From NCBI GenBank assembly GCA_038882975.1, contig JAVZNE010000001.1, forward strand, positions 224,001-288,000: a stretch of 64,000 nucleotides of DNA, given 5' to 3'. A program made the position numbers and the translations under genes. The notes under the pieces were generated by a model that did not search any database, was not told where the DNA came from, and saw nothing but the letters and a program-made list of their open reading frames with translations. Numbering within the stretch: position 1 is the first letter of the stretch; each line of letters begins with the position of its first letter. Origin of the DNA: Candidatus Bathyarchaeia archaeon (lineage in GTDB: Archaea > Thermoproteota > Bathyarchaeia > Bathyarchaeales > Bathycorpusculaceae). Shown here one piece after another: positions 1 to 10,025 of this stretch.

Positions 1-624
1 GTTGCAAAAGAGCTTAGCATAGACAGCTATTTCGCGCGGGTTCTCCCGGATAAAAAGGCTGAGAAAATTAGGCGTCTAAAAGAGGAAGGCTACCGAGTAG
101 CCATGGTCGGCGACGGCGTGAATGACGCACCAGCACTTGTTACGGCGGATGTTGGAATAGCCATAGGCGCTGGAACAGATGTAGCCATAGAAAGCGCAGA
201 CATAATCCTAGTTAAAAACGACCCACGAGACGTGGTGAAAGTCATAGATATCTCGCGCAAAACATATTCAAAGATGGTTCAAAACCTATGGTGGGCTGCA
301 GGCTACAACATAATAACAATTCCAGTAGCAGCTGGAATCCTATCAGGTTTTGGAGTGACGCTTCCAGCGGCGGTTGGCGCAATAATAATGTCCTTCAGCA
401 CAGTTATAGTGGCATTAAACAGTCAAACTTTGAGGAAGTATGAACCAGAGGAGGTGAAAGCTATTATGGCAAAGAAAACCCTTGTAAAAGACCCAGTTTG
501 TGGAATGAAGATAGACCCAGAAACGGCGTTTAGCAAAGTTGAGCATGAAGGCCGCATAATCTACTTCTGCTCCAAAATGTGCGAGGAAGAGTTTAAGAAA
601 AACCCAAAGAAGTACATAAAATAA
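1..624 (+). CDS. Heavy-metal (Cu) P1B-type ATPase, C-terminal part, with a C-terminal YHS/TRASH metal-binding domain; 5' end lies outside the window
   Basis: Frame is open from base 1. [10 protein letters not shown] hinge, NLWWAAGYN and MSFST transmembrane motifs, C-terminal DPVCGM...YFCS..C. Confidence 0.9.
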   Translation, partial: VAKELSIDSYFARVLPDKKAEKIRRLKEEGYRVAMVGDGVNDAPALVTADVGIAIGAGTDVAIESADIILVKNDPRDVVKVIDISRKTYSKMVQNLWWAAGYNIITIPVAAGILSGFGVTLPAAVGAIIMSFSTVIVALNSQTLRKYEPEEVKAIMAKKTLVKDPVCGMKIDPETAFSKVEHEGRIIYFCSKMCEEEFKKNPKKYIK

Positions 625-692
625 GCGGCAAAGGGGATAAAGCTTTAACCAGAGATGCCCCTTACGTTTTTGACTGATATAATGCTGGTGGG

Positions 693-1730
693 TTGTTGGG
701 CAGGCTAGCCGAACTAAAACTTGCAATGGGCACATCCATATTTCTAGTGGCTTTCATATTTGCGCTCTTTTTGGCGGCGATAATGATAATCTTTCAATTC
801 AGCCTCATCTACGCCATAATAGGCACAGCACTATTCATACTCATCCAATATTTGATTGGACCAGCAGTGGTGGCAAGTTCAACAAGGCTCCGCTATTTGG
901 AAAAGGGAGAAAACCCTTGGCTTGAAGAAACAGTGAAAGAGTTAGCCGATAAATCCGGACTGCCAATGCCAAAACTGGCTATTGTGCCAGACGAAACGCC
1001 AAACGCTTTTGTCTTTGGAAGAACAGCCAAAGATGCCACCCTAGCAGTGCATGAAGGACTCCTCAAAAGGCTTAACAAGGACGAAATCAGGGGCGTAATA
1101 GGCCACGAGCTTGGCCACATAAAACACAAAGACTTCATCGTCATGACAGTACTTTCGGCACTACCGCTCCTAGCCTATTTGATTGCGAGGGCAACATGGG
1201 AAGCTGGAAGGTGGGCCCCAGCATCAAAAAAGAAGGAGGAAGGTAGCATAAAGGCAGCGCTTTTCGCAGTGGCAATAATCTCCTACATCGTTTACATCAT
1301 TTCGCTCTTATGTGTCATGGGTTTAAGCAGGCTACGGGAGCACTACGCTGACGCCTATTCCGCCTACTTGACTGGGTCGCCTAGAAGCCTCCAAAGCGCC
1401 CTAGCAAAAATCACTTACGGTTTGTCGCTTTCGCCAAAACCGCCATCCGGTGCTAGAACCTTCTACATTGGTGACCCGTCGATGGCTAAGCTGGAAATAT
1501 CCTCCATAATGGAGAAGAAGGCGGAATACGACTTGGATAGGGACGGCGTCTTAGACGAGCGGGAACTGGAACTGGCCATGGAGAAGGAGGCAAAATCCAC
1601 ATGGGCGAAAATCAACACTTGGTTCTCAACGCACCCGCCTACGTTCAAGCGAATTCTGCTTTTGCACGAAATTGAAATGGAGATGGAAAGTGGAAGATTC
1701 ACCGGCGACCGCATATACGCAAAAATCTAG
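693..1730 (+). CDS. htpX: HtpX-like M48 membrane zinc metalloprotease
   Basis: PNAF, HELGH zinc motif, SRLREHYAD, STHPP; N-terminal TM helices. Confidence 0.9.
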   Translation: MLGRLAELKLAMGTSIFLVAFIFALFLAAIMIIFQFSLIYAIIGTALFILIQYLIGPAVVASSTRLRYLEKGENPWLEETVKELADKSGLPMPKLAIVPDETPNAFVFGRTAKDATLAVHEGLLKRLNKDEIRGVIGHELGHIKHKDFIVMTVLSALPLLAYLIARATWEAGRWAPASKKKEEGSIKAALFAVAIISYIVYIISLLCVMGLSRLREHYADAYSAYLTGSPRSLQSALAKITYGLSLSPKPPSGARTFYIGDPSMAKLEISSIMEKKAEYDLDRDGVLDERELELAMEKEAKSTWAKINTWFSTHPPTFKRILLLHEIEMEMESGRFTGDRIYAKI

Positions 1731-1737
1731 ACCCTTT

Positions 1738-2388
1738 CTAGCCTAGACATCCTGAAACATAGCTTAAAAAAGCCTCAGTTTCATCATTTTCCCAGCTGAA
1801 CTGAAAAAGCCTATCAACCCAGTCTCTAGCCAATTCTAAAAGACAATCATCCAACTCTCTCGTTATATAGACGAGCACGCAGCGGGTTTCTGGTTTCCAA
1901 CGTTTTAGAATGGCGAAAGAGGCAACAGCCGTTTTAAGTCTAGCTGAATCAAGCTCAACCTTCGCGTCAAAAACAACCAGCGGATCAATAAACCCGTCCG
2001 CTCTCCGCCCAATGGAAATATCAAATTCCATGGCATAACTTTTCTCGCCGTCTTGCCAAACAAGGCATTTCTCACCCCAAAACACTTCAAAAGGCTTCTT
2101 GACGGCGACCCTCTCTTTTAGGAGGCGGCAAACGTATTCTTCAAAGGCGTAGGCGCGGAACTTTCCGAAAAACTGTGCAACGCCAATTTTAGACTTGTTT
2201 ACCCTTATGGTTTCATTAAATTTGAGGAAGTCTTTTAGGGCTATGGTTTTCGTCCACTTCTCATATTGGGTTTGTAAGGCTTTTCCAAGCCTACGCTGTT
2301 TTGCTTTTCTGCTGGAACATAGCTCGTTTATATAGTCTATGGGCTTTTTGGCTCTTGCCAATAAGGGTCTCCAAAAGCGTTTTATCAC
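1738..2388 (-). CDS. Hypothetical protein with a PD-(D/E)XK nuclease-like motif pattern (start may be TTG at 2361)
   Basis: AFEE helix, EFDI, then VFDAK, arranged as in restriction-endonuclease-fold proteins. Confidence 0.55.
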   Translation of the reverse strand: MIKRFWRPLLARAKKPIDYINELCSSRKAKQRRLGKALQTQYEKWTKTIALKDFLKFNETIRVNKSKIGVAQFFGKFRAYAFEEYVCRLLKERVAVKKPFEVFWGEKCLVWQDGEKSYAMEFDISIGRRADGFIDPLVVFDAKVELDSARLKTAVASFAILKRWKPETRCVLVYITRELDDCLLELARDWVDRLFQFSWENDETEAFLSYVSGCLG

Positions 2389-2436
2389 GAACCGGATTTA
2401 TTACCTTCGTGGTCTAAGCGTGAAAGGTGTACTAAA

Positions 2437-3135
2437 ATGAGGGTTAGGCTTCTCCGTTATACGGCGGACCCCGAACTTCTTTGTGGGGCTGCAGCCCTAA
2501 CATCGTCAAGAAGCGGAAATCCATCTGAAATTTTTGATAGCATAGATTTGGATAGGGCTAGGCAGACAATTAGGCGTGTGACTGGTTATGGGCATATGTC
2601 GGTGATTGAGCATGCATCCTTTACTTTCAGCATAGAAGAGGTTTCAAGGGCTTTGACCCACCAGCTTGTCAGGCATCGCATCGCATCCTACACGCAGCAG
2701 AGCCAACGTTACGTGATATATGACACATTGAAAAAGTATGTGACGCCACCCACTATAGCCCAAAATTCAGAGGCAAAGAAAATCTTCGATGAAACATTAG
2801 AAAGTATATCGGCCACCTACAAGAAACTCTTGGAATTGGGCATTCCGAAAGAAGATGCGCGGTATATTCTTCCAAACGCTGCAAAAACAAACATTGTTGT
2901 CACCATGAACGCCCGTGAGCTCCGCCACTTCTTCAACTTGCGGTGCTGCGCCCGCTCTCAATGGGAACTTCGCGAAGTTGCAACAGAAATGCTTCGACAA
3001 GTGAAGAAGGTGGCGCCGTCGCTTTTCGAGAATGCCGGACCAACATGCGTTGAGCTTGGCTATTGCCCAGAGGGAAAAATGAAACCGCTAGAATGCAACA
3101 TTGAAGAAATTAAAAAGCGGTTCAAAAACCTCTAA
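2437..3135 (+). CDS. thyX: FAD-dependent thymidylate synthase
   Basis: GHxSVIEH and the ThyX motif RHRIASYTQQSQRY. Confidence 0.97.
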   Translation: MRVRLLRYTADPELLCGAAALTSSRSGNPSEIFDSIDLDRARQTIRRVTGYGHMSVIEHASFTFSIEEVSRALTHQLVRHRIASYTQQSQRYVIYDTLKKYVTPPTIAQNSEAKKIFDETLESISATYKKLLELGIPKEDARYILPNAAKTNIVVTMNARELRHFFNLRCCARSQWELREVATEMLRQVKKVAPSLFENAGPTCVELGYCPEGKMKPLECNIEEIKKRFKNL

Positions 3136-3154
3136 AACCCTTTAAGCGGTTCAA

Positions 3155-4033
3155 ATGCCAAGGTATAAGGCATATGCCATAACAACAAAGTACTGGCGAC
3201 CCGGGGAAGACTATGTAGGGCAGATAATTAAAAGCATTGAGGGGAAAGTTTCAAACGGAGACTTTATTATTATATCGGAAAAAGCCATTGCAACAGCCAC
3301 CGGCAATATTATAGATGAAAGCAAGGTAAAGCCAAGCCTAAATGCAAAAATCATCGCCAGACTTTGGATGCCACTTGTTTGGGGCTATTTTCTCGGTCCA
3401 ATATGTCACCTGCGAAGAAAGCTCATAGAAAGGCTTAGAAGCTATCCACGGGATGCTGGGAGTCGCCACAAGCAAGTCGCCCTTCAACATGCGGGTTTGC
3501 TGCAAGCCTTAATGTTCGGTTCTGAAGGAGGCATAGATGGAACAAACCTTCCATACGCTTATGTTTGCTTACCCCTAAAAAACGCCCAAGCCATAGCCGA
3601 AAAAATACAAAGAAAAATTTTAGAAGCACTTGGGCGGAAAGTTTGCGTTATAATTGCCGACACGGATAAGACATACTCTTTCAGAAATTTTCATTTCACG
3701 CCCAGACCTAAACCAATAAAGGGAATCCATAACCTTGGAAGCTTCATCGCCTATGTTGCTGGGCGGATGCTGAAGCTGAAGAGAAGGGCAACCCCAATAG
3801 CAGTGGCTGGACACCCCATCCCAACAGAAGAGGCATTAACGATTGCGGAGATTGCAAACCGCGCTAGGGGTTATGGAGCTGGCAGAACCGTCTGGGACAT
3901 GGCTGAAAAATTCAGTGTTAACTTGACCGAGGTTAGCTGGGAAATGCTAGAAAAAATAAAACATAAACCCATAGTAATAGTGCGCGGGATTTCTCGGCAA
4001 AAACCCGTGAATTTAACGAAAATTGAGACTTGA
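3155..4033 (+). CDS. Coenzyme F420-0:L-glutamate ligase (CofE/DUF129)-like protein
   Basis: IISEKAIA, GGIDGTN, VIIADTD and C-terminal PIVIVR motifs. Confidence 0.7.
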   Translation: MPRYKAYAITTKYWRPGEDYVGQIIKSIEGKVSNGDFIIISEKAIATATGNIIDESKVKPSLNAKIIARLWMPLVWGYFLGPICHLRRKLIERLRSYPRDAGSRHKQVALQHAGLLQALMFGSEGGIDGTNLPYAYVCLPLKNAQAIAEKIQRKILEALGRKVCVIIADTDKTYSFRNFHFTPRPKPIKGIHNLGSFIAYVAGRMLKLKRRATPIAVAGHPIPTEEALTIAEIANRARGYGAGRTVWDMAEKFSVNLTEVSWEMLEKIKHKPIVIVRGISRQKPVNLTKIET

Positions 4034-4112
4034 TAAAACGTCTTTCTATAGGCTTGAAAATTTATAAGGCGCTATATTACAAACATTACTTTATGGTTAA
4101 AAAATTTCATTT

Positions 4113-5453
4113 TTGTGTTTGTGCGTTGACACTTTTTGCATAGTGCTTTGGATTACGACCGTCATTAAGCCTTCATTTGAAGACATACCTACCACTGATA
4201 TCCCACTGTTTAAGATTTTGAATAAGGAGATTACAAGTTTTGTTGGAGGGGCGAACATTACATTGACTTTTCGTAATTATGGTTATAGTGCTACAAGCGG
4301 AACTGTTTGGATTCCTTGGGAGAAAGTTTGGTATGGAATAAAGTTGAGTGGTCATCCTCCACGTGGAAACATCAGCGAAGCAGTTTTGCCTTTTGATGTT
4401 AACGGAGACGGCGATATAGCAGATGTTTTTACTGTTGGATATATAGATAATAAAACTGTTCTAATCGAGGGGACGCCCGTTTATGCCATGCGTTTCCCGG
4501 AACAGATGGCACCATACGATTTTGGCATGTATATGATTTGGGAAAGGAGAGATTTCACTTTAGGTTCGAAGACTCACGCATTATATCGCGTTACTTACTA
4601 TCCAGCGCAGAACTATGGTTACGCTGCTTTTGGTTTAGAGTCATTTTTCCGTGATCACCCAAGCCCCAACATTGAATTTGTCATTGAGCGCGCAGCGGAT
4701 TCCATAAATAGCCCCGCAACAGCCGAGATAACCTATATGGAAATTAACGGAGTTTCGATTCCATACGAGTTTAACAGAGTCTTTGCAGCACTCGATGATC
4801 AGCAATGGTTTGTTGAAAATGTATATGTTTATCCTCTTGGTTCTGTAGCAAATGGCACCACGTTCACTGTTAAACTGACTATAACGGGCGACCCTGCCGC
4901 ATACTTATTCCATGCAATAATTAACTGGTCTCCTGACGCTTCTCATCTTTATCGATTCTATGTATGGGAAGCCGAGGATATTCCTATCGGTATAAGTGGA
5001 ACTGTTCACAGACAAGTTGATTACGGAGGCGAAACATTCAATATCGACATCAACACTAATTCAACAATTTCACCAATAATAGCCTTCAATTCCACAAAGA
5101 AGGAGATCAGTTTTAAAGCCGCCATTTATCCAGACTACAGAAAACCAGCCATGTATTTTTGGAACATAAGTATCCCTCAAAATCTTTTAACAGACAATCC
5201 TTGGACGGTCTCTTTAGACGGTGAAACGATACCATTTATATCAACCACCAACGGAACTCACACCTTTCTCTACTTCAATTATTCATTCCAGTACTGGTTC
5301 ATAATTCATACAATTTCCATAAAAGGAACATGGGCTATTCCAGAGGCAACACCAAATACTCTCCTGCCATTTTTCATCATAATAATATTCCTTGTATCCA
5401 CATTATACAAAAGAAGCGACGTGACCTCAACGAGAGCAACAAAAGATAGCTGA
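4113..5453 (+). CDS. Hypothetical secreted surface glycoprotein with a PEF-CTERM-like C-terminal anchor; 5' end probably frameshifted from ATG 4093
   Basis: Many NxS/T sequons, DVNGDG motif, C-terminal IPE + hydrophobic helix + basic tail. Confidence 0.65.
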   Translation: MCLCVDTFCIVLWITTVIKPSFEDIPTTDIPLFKILNKEITSFVGGANITLTFRNYGYSATSGTVWIPWEKVWYGIKLSGHPPRGNISEAVLPFDVNGDGDIADVFTVGYIDNKTVLIEGTPVYAMRFPEQMAPYDFGMYMIWERRDFTLGSKTHALYRVTYYPAQNYGYAAFGLESFFRDHPSPNIEFVIERAADSINSPATAEITYMEINGVSIPYEFNRVFAALDDQQWFVENVYVYPLGSVANGTTFTVKLTITGDPAAYLFHAIINWSPDASHLYRFYVWEAEDIPIGISGTVHRQVDYGGETFNIDINTNSTISPIIAFNSTKKEISFKAAIYPDYRKPAMYFWNISIPQNLLTDNPWTVSLDGETIPFISTTNGTHTFLYFNYSFQYWFIIHTISIKGTWAIPEATPNTLLPFFIIIIFLVSTLYKRSDVTSTRATKDS

Positions 5454-5487
5454 GGTATCAATTTAATTGACTTTTTGTTGGTGTGGG

Positions 5488-5545
5488 ATTCTAGAGGGGG
5501 AGGGGGCTATTGGTTGTTTTAAGCCAAAAACTATAGAGGGTAGTG
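5488..5545 (-). repeat. Dispersed intergenic repeat, copy 1 (two core units, reverse orientation)
   Basis: Reverse complement reads CTACCCTCTATAGTTTTTGGCTT..CCAATAG..CTCCCCCTCTAGA, matching 62961-63020. Confidence 0.7.
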
Positions 5546-5687
5546 TTTTTGTGGCTGTTTTCCAAGCACAAATATGTGGTTAGAAAGCTTCTATGCTTAG
5601 TGCTTTTGGTGGGGAAAAGGAAATAAAGAGCAAAGGATAAAACCAGCAAAAGAGTAGCCGCTTAACCATCAATTAAAAGGGTGAGAG

Positions 5688-7184
5688 GTGTTGGAGGCTT
5701 CTGTGGAAAAGCTTGACGCCTTTTTTAATCCAAAGTCTGTGGCTGTTGTTGGCGCCACTAAAAAGATAAGCAAGGCTGGACACGTCATATTCAAAAATTT
5801 TGTGGAAAACAAGAGAAGAGGAGTTTTTAAGGGGGAGCTTTACCCCGTAAACCCCCACGAAGACTACATTTTGGGCTTTCAATGCTACCCAAAATTGACA
5901 AAAATCCCAGGAAAACTTGAACTCGCCGTCATAGTTGTTCCAGCTGAGATTGTCCCAGAAATAATGGAAGACGCCGCAGCCAAAAAAGTTGAAGCCGTCG
6001 TTATAATCAGCTCCGGCTTTGGAGAGATCGGAAACCACGAACTGGAAAAGAAAGTTATCGAAATAGCGAAAAGGGCGGGAATAAGGGTTCTAGGCCCCAA
6101 CTGTCTAGGAGTCTACGACTCAAAAACAGGCGTTGACATGCTCTTCCTACCAGAGACAAAGATTTTGACCACCGGTGAAGAAGTTATTGCAACACCTAGA
6201 CCAATGAGGGGAAAAATAGCCATAGTAACCCAAAGCGGAGCCTTCGGAGTGGCAACCCTCGACTATCTGGCTGGCAAACAAATAGGCGTCAGCAAATTTG
6301 TAAGCTTCGGGAACAAGTGCGATGTGGATGAAGCAGAAATGCTCCACTACCTATACTATGACGACGAAACCAAGGTGATATTACTATACGTTGAAGACAT
6401 AAAGAACGGGAAAGCCTTCATCGAAGCTGCCTCAAAACTCACAAGAAAAAAGCCCATAATAGCCCTCAAAGCCGGCAAAACAGAAGCAGGAGCAAGAGCC
6501 GCCGCATCCCACACAGGCGCCATGGCAGGCTCAGACCAAATCTACAATGCCGCCTTCGCACAAACCGGAATTTTGAGAGTCAGAGATATGGAAGAATTTT
6601 TCGATGCGGCAAAAGCCTTCATCATGCAGCCACCAGCCGCTGGGAAAAACGTGGCAATAATAACAGATGCTGGCGGACCTGGAATATTGGCTGCTGACGA
6701 ATGCGAAGTCCAAGGGTTAGTCGTCAAACGATTTTCTGAAAAAACTATCCAAAAATTTGAAAAACTCAAAAAGGAGGGAAAACTCCCGAAATTTGCAACG
6801 AACCTAAATCCTGTTGACGTGACTGGTTCTGCTACCTCTGAAATGTTCGAGTTGGCAGCTGACATAGTCTTCCAAGATCCAGAAATTCACGGAGTACTAC
6901 TTCTCGGGCTGCATCACACACCCGGACTGCAAGAAGATTATATAGATAGGGTGACGAAGGTTGCCAGCAAATACGAGAAGCCCATTGTTGCATGCGACAT
7001 AGGCGAAACTGAAATGGCGTTACACATCCGCTCAAGATTCGAAAAGCTTGGAATCCCGGCGTACTCTTCACCAGAGGATGCGGCAAGAGCCATGAGCGCC
7101 CTCGCAAGATACGGATTATACTTGAAAAAGAAAGGATACTTTCAGGAGTATCTGCACAATTTCTTCAGAGAAAAGCGTAGATGA
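5688..7184 (+). CDS. acdA: Acyl-CoA synthetase (ADP-forming) alpha subunit
   Basis: PKSVAVVGA CoA-binding start, GPNCLG, SHTG phospho-His motif, NPVDVTG. Confidence 0.9.
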   Translation: MLEASVEKLDAFFNPKSVAVVGATKKISKAGHVIFKNFVENKRRGVFKGELYPVNPHEDYILGFQCYPKLTKIPGKLELAVIVVPAEIVPEIMEDAAAKKVEAVVIISSGFGEIGNHELEKKVIEIAKRAGIRVLGPNCLGVYDSKTGVDMLFLPETKILTTGEEVIATPRPMRGKIAIVTQSGAFGVATLDYLAGKQIGVSKFVSFGNKCDVDEAEMLHYLYYDDETKVILLYVEDIKNGKAFIEAASKLTRKKPIIALKAGKTEAGARAAASHTGAMAGSDQIYNAAFAQTGILRVRDMEEFFDAAKAFIMQPPAAGKNVAIITDAGGPGILAADECEVQGLVVKRFSEKTIQKFEKLKKEGKLPKFATNLNPVDVTGSATSEMFELAADIVFQDPEIHGVLLLGLHHTPGLQEDYIDRVTKVASKYEKPIVACDIGETEMALHIRSRFEKLGIPAYSSPEDAARAMSALARYGLYLKKKGYFQEYLHNFFREKRR

Positions 7185-7186
7185 AC

Positions 7187-7603
7187 CTATTCGAGGGCTA
7201 TCCAAACTTCCAATTCATCGCCATCTTTAAGCTTTAATTTTTCCCTCAAATTTGAAGGAGCAACAATTTCTAAAACATCTTTGGGATAGTTTTCTACGCA
7301 TGGCAGTGCAACGGCACATGCCACATCACGCCCGATGTACGCCCTAAAACATTTTCCTCTGCAGTATCCTAGTTCCGGTAAAATCTCGATGGCTTTAACA
7401 TTTTCCAGCAGTTTCCTACCTTCCACATACTCGCCAGCCAGTTTCAAGTTTAGCGTCCCAGGATAAGGAACAAAACCAAGCTTTTCCTTTATCTGCCGTT
7501 TGACCCATGGAAGTGCGGTGAAGAATGAGCCTTCACCGGAGCCGGAGACAATTTTCCCTTTCACATGAACTCCTTTCGTTGACAATTTGTTTTCTTCCGT
7601 CAT
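7187..7603 (-). CDS. ribK: CTP-dependent riboflavin kinase
   Basis: SGSGEG, PYPGTLN, LEIVAP.NLREKL motifs. Confidence 0.9.
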   Translation of the reverse strand: MTEENKLSTKGVHVKGKIVSGSGEGSFFTALPWVKRQIKEKLGFVPYPGTLNLKLAGEYVEGRKLLENVKAIEILPELGYCRGKCFRAYIGRDVACAVALPCVENYPKDVLEIVAPSNLREKLKLKDGDELEVWIALE

Positions 7604-7622
7604 GAACGTTTTCCAGTTTAGC

Positions 7623-7997
7623 TTATGTTTTACTTTGTTCTTTCAGCCAGTTTGCAACTTTACGAAACATAGGATTTGACGACATATCTATAACTGGTAC
7701 TATTATTTTTTCCCTAGTCTCAATTAGTGGCTGGTATTTTGGCATAAGAGAGTACCCGACAAAAGTCCAGTAAACCCTCTTATTTTCAACAAGCGCCTTT
7801 GCAGCGGTTTCCGTCGTTGCTGGAAGCGGGAAATAAAGGAATAAGACGCCTTCAGCCCAGTATAAGCCTGCTGTCTTTCCGCCTGCTATAATTGAGGCGA
7901 ATCTTGCAATGTCTTCCGGCGATGTAAAAAAGTTGCGTTCCATAATGACGATCTCCTTAAAAGGTTCGAATTTTACGTCTACTTCGCCCTCAGCCAT
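7623..7997 (-). CDS. Hypothetical protein
   Basis: Clean 124-aa ORF co-oriented with ribK, with SD-like GAGGT/AAGGT upstream; no function recognised. Confidence 0.7.
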   Translation of the reverse strand: MAEGEVDVKFEPFKEIVIMERNFFTSPEDIARFASIIAGGKTAGLYWAEGVLFLYFPLPATTETAAKALVENKRVYWTFVGYSLMPKYQPLIETREKIIVPVIDMSSNPMFRKVANWLKEQSKT

Positions 7998-8122
7998 AAA
8001 CCTTCGCCTTTCTGATAGTTTTGTTAAAGGTTCCCTTTTAATCTTGCCATAAACCAGAAAAGGTTATAGAGCACAAAAGCTAAACCCATCCAATCACAAG
8101 CCATCAAAAGAGGGAGCTAAGC

Positions 8123-9202
8123 TTGACTGAAATTCGCGTAGCAATAGTTGGCGTTGGCAATTCAGCATCAGCCCTAATCCAAGGAGTGGAATACTACAAA
8201 AACGTAAAAGAAGGCGAAACAGTCCCGGGGTTAATGCACGTGAACTTTGGCGGATACCACGTCAGAGACATAAAGTTCGTTGCAGCTTTCGACGTAGACA
8301 AAAACAAAATTGGAAAGGACTTGGCTGAAGCCATATTCACCAAACCTAACTGCTGCGCCAAATTTGCGGACGTGCCACCACTAGGCGTGGAAGTCTCGCC
8401 GGGACCAGTTCTAGATGGAGTGGCAAAACACATGAGGAAGCCTTTCAATGTTTACAGCGAAAACGAAGTTAAACCAGCGGACGTTGCAGGCGTCCTAAAA
8501 GAGGCTGATGCGGAAATCCTTATCAACTATCTGCCTGTTGGAAGCCACAATGCCACATGCTTTTACGCCCAAGCTGCTTTGGATGCTGGATGCGCCTTCA
8601 TAAACTGCATACCAGAGTTTATTGCCTCAGACCCCTTATGGAGCCGCAAATTTGAGGAGCAGGGTCTTCCGGTGGCAGGTGACGACATTAAAAGCCAGCT
8701 TGGCGCAACAATACTCCACAGAAATCTTGTGCGGTTATGCGTCGACAGAGGCGTAATCGTCGACGAAACATACCAGCTGAACTTAGGCGGAGACACAGAC
8801 TTCCTAAACATGACAGTAGAAGAACGCCTAAAAACAAAACGTATAAGCAAGACAGAAGCCGTTAAAAGCTTAGTGCCATACGATCTGCCAACCCGCATAG
8901 GACCATCAGACTATGTGCCTTTTCTGGGGAACAAAAAGATATGTTATATATGGCTTAAGGGGAGGAAGTTTGGCGATAGACCCTTAACAATAACCGTTAA
9001 GCTGGAGGTGGAAGATTCGCCCAACAGTGCCGGAGTGGTCATAGACGTGATAAGAGCTGTGAAATTGGCATTAGACAGAAAAATAGCCGGACCATTAATA
9101 AGCATATCATCATATGCCTTCAAACACCCACCAGTGCAAGTTCCAGACCCAGTCGCAAAAGAATGGGTGGAAGAATATATTAAGGGCAAGCGAGAACGCT
9201 AA
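8123..9202 (+). CDS. ino1: Myo-inositol-1-phosphate synthase
   Basis: [31 protein letters not shown]. Confidence 0.96.
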   Translation: MTEIRVAIVGVGNSASALIQGVEYYKNVKEGETVPGLMHVNFGGYHVRDIKFVAAFDVDKNKIGKDLAEAIFTKPNCCAKFADVPPLGVEVSPGPVLDGVAKHMRKPFNVYSENEVKPADVAGVLKEADAEILINYLPVGSHNATCFYAQAALDAGCAFINCIPEFIASDPLWSRKFEEQGLPVAGDDIKSQLGATILHRNLVRLCVDRGVIVDETYQLNLGGDTDFLNMTVEERLKTKRISKTEAVKSLVPYDLPTRIGPSDYVPFLGNKKICYIWLKGRKFGDRPLTITVKLEVEDSPNSAGVVIDVIRAVKLALDRKIAGPLISISSYAFKHPPVQVPDPVAKEWVEEYIKGKRER

Positions 9203-9208
9203 AAGAAT

Positions 9209-9463
9209 TTAGTCTAGCTTCTCCAAAACAGAAAGAACACCACAAACGGCTGAAATCCACCTTAAATAGGCGTTTAAGGCCGCCCGCAAAGCCACAGTAT
9301 CCCTCGCCTCAACGGCCAAAACCAGAAAAGCATTTTCAATTTTCAAGTTTGCTTTGGAGCGTGTTGTGGCTGGCTTAGCAGTTTCAGGCATGAGCGCCCT
9401 ATAAACAATTTTCAAATCCCTTTTTGAAGGAAGTTTTAGGCGAATAACAGCTTTAGCCTTCAT
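9209..9463 (-). CDS. pcc1: KEOPS complex subunit Pcc1
   Basis: A.D..ALRAALNAYLRW motif; position at the end of the exosome superoperon. Confidence 0.9.
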   Translation of the reverse strand: MKAKAVIRLKLPSKRDLKIVYRALMPETAKPATTRSKANLKIENAFLVLAVEARDTVALRAALNAYLRWISAVCGVLSVLEKLD

Positions 9464-10016
9464 GACCCGTCAAGTCCCAGATAAGATGAGATATTCTCAT
9501 CCTTGGACCTATTTCCACATTTTCTGGAAGAAGCCTAAAAGTCGCCACTATTTCCCCTGCCGGATTAATGGTTGTTTGCATTATGGCACTATAGCCCCTA
9601 TACTCATCCTCGCTAGAGACTACGGGAACACCGAAGAACTCTGATAATGCCTTTTCCAGCCTACCAACTTCTTGAGATTGTTTTGGCGATGATACTATAG
9701 CAACGGATTTTATTCTCCTCCCTCTTGGCATGGTTTGAAATTCTCTGCGAAGCTTTACACCCCTTAAATATACCAGTGGAGGTATTGGTTGCAGCTTGCC
9801 GTTCACACGATAAAGTTCTATTTTTCCAGGACCGCCCTTCCAACGGTCAACAATAACCGCTTTTTCTGCGCCGAACTCTAAGGCTTTTGCCGCCACACTT
9901 TCAAGGCTCAATTTTCCACGGTTTATCCTCAAAATGTTTGGAAAGGTATGCGAAAGGTCTTTGCAAAAGGTTCTTATGCCCTTTGTTGGTCTCCGCGAGG
10001 TAGTTAGAAGTATCAA
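9453..10016 (-). CDS. Brix-domain (Imp4-like) ribosome biogenesis protein
   Basis: LLTTSRRP, NRGKLSL, EIGPRM motifs; synteny. Confidence 0.9.
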   Translation of the reverse strand: MILLTTSRRPTKGIRTFCKDLSHTFPNILRINRGKLSLESVAAKALEFGAEKAVIVDRWKGGPGKIELYRVNGKLQPIPPLVYLRGVKLRREFQTMPRGRRIKSVAIVSSPKQSQEVGRLEKALSEFFGVPVVSSEDEYRGYSAIMQTTINPAGEIVATFRLLPENVEIGPRMRISHLIWDLTGHEG

Positions 10017-10025
10017 GATTTCAGC

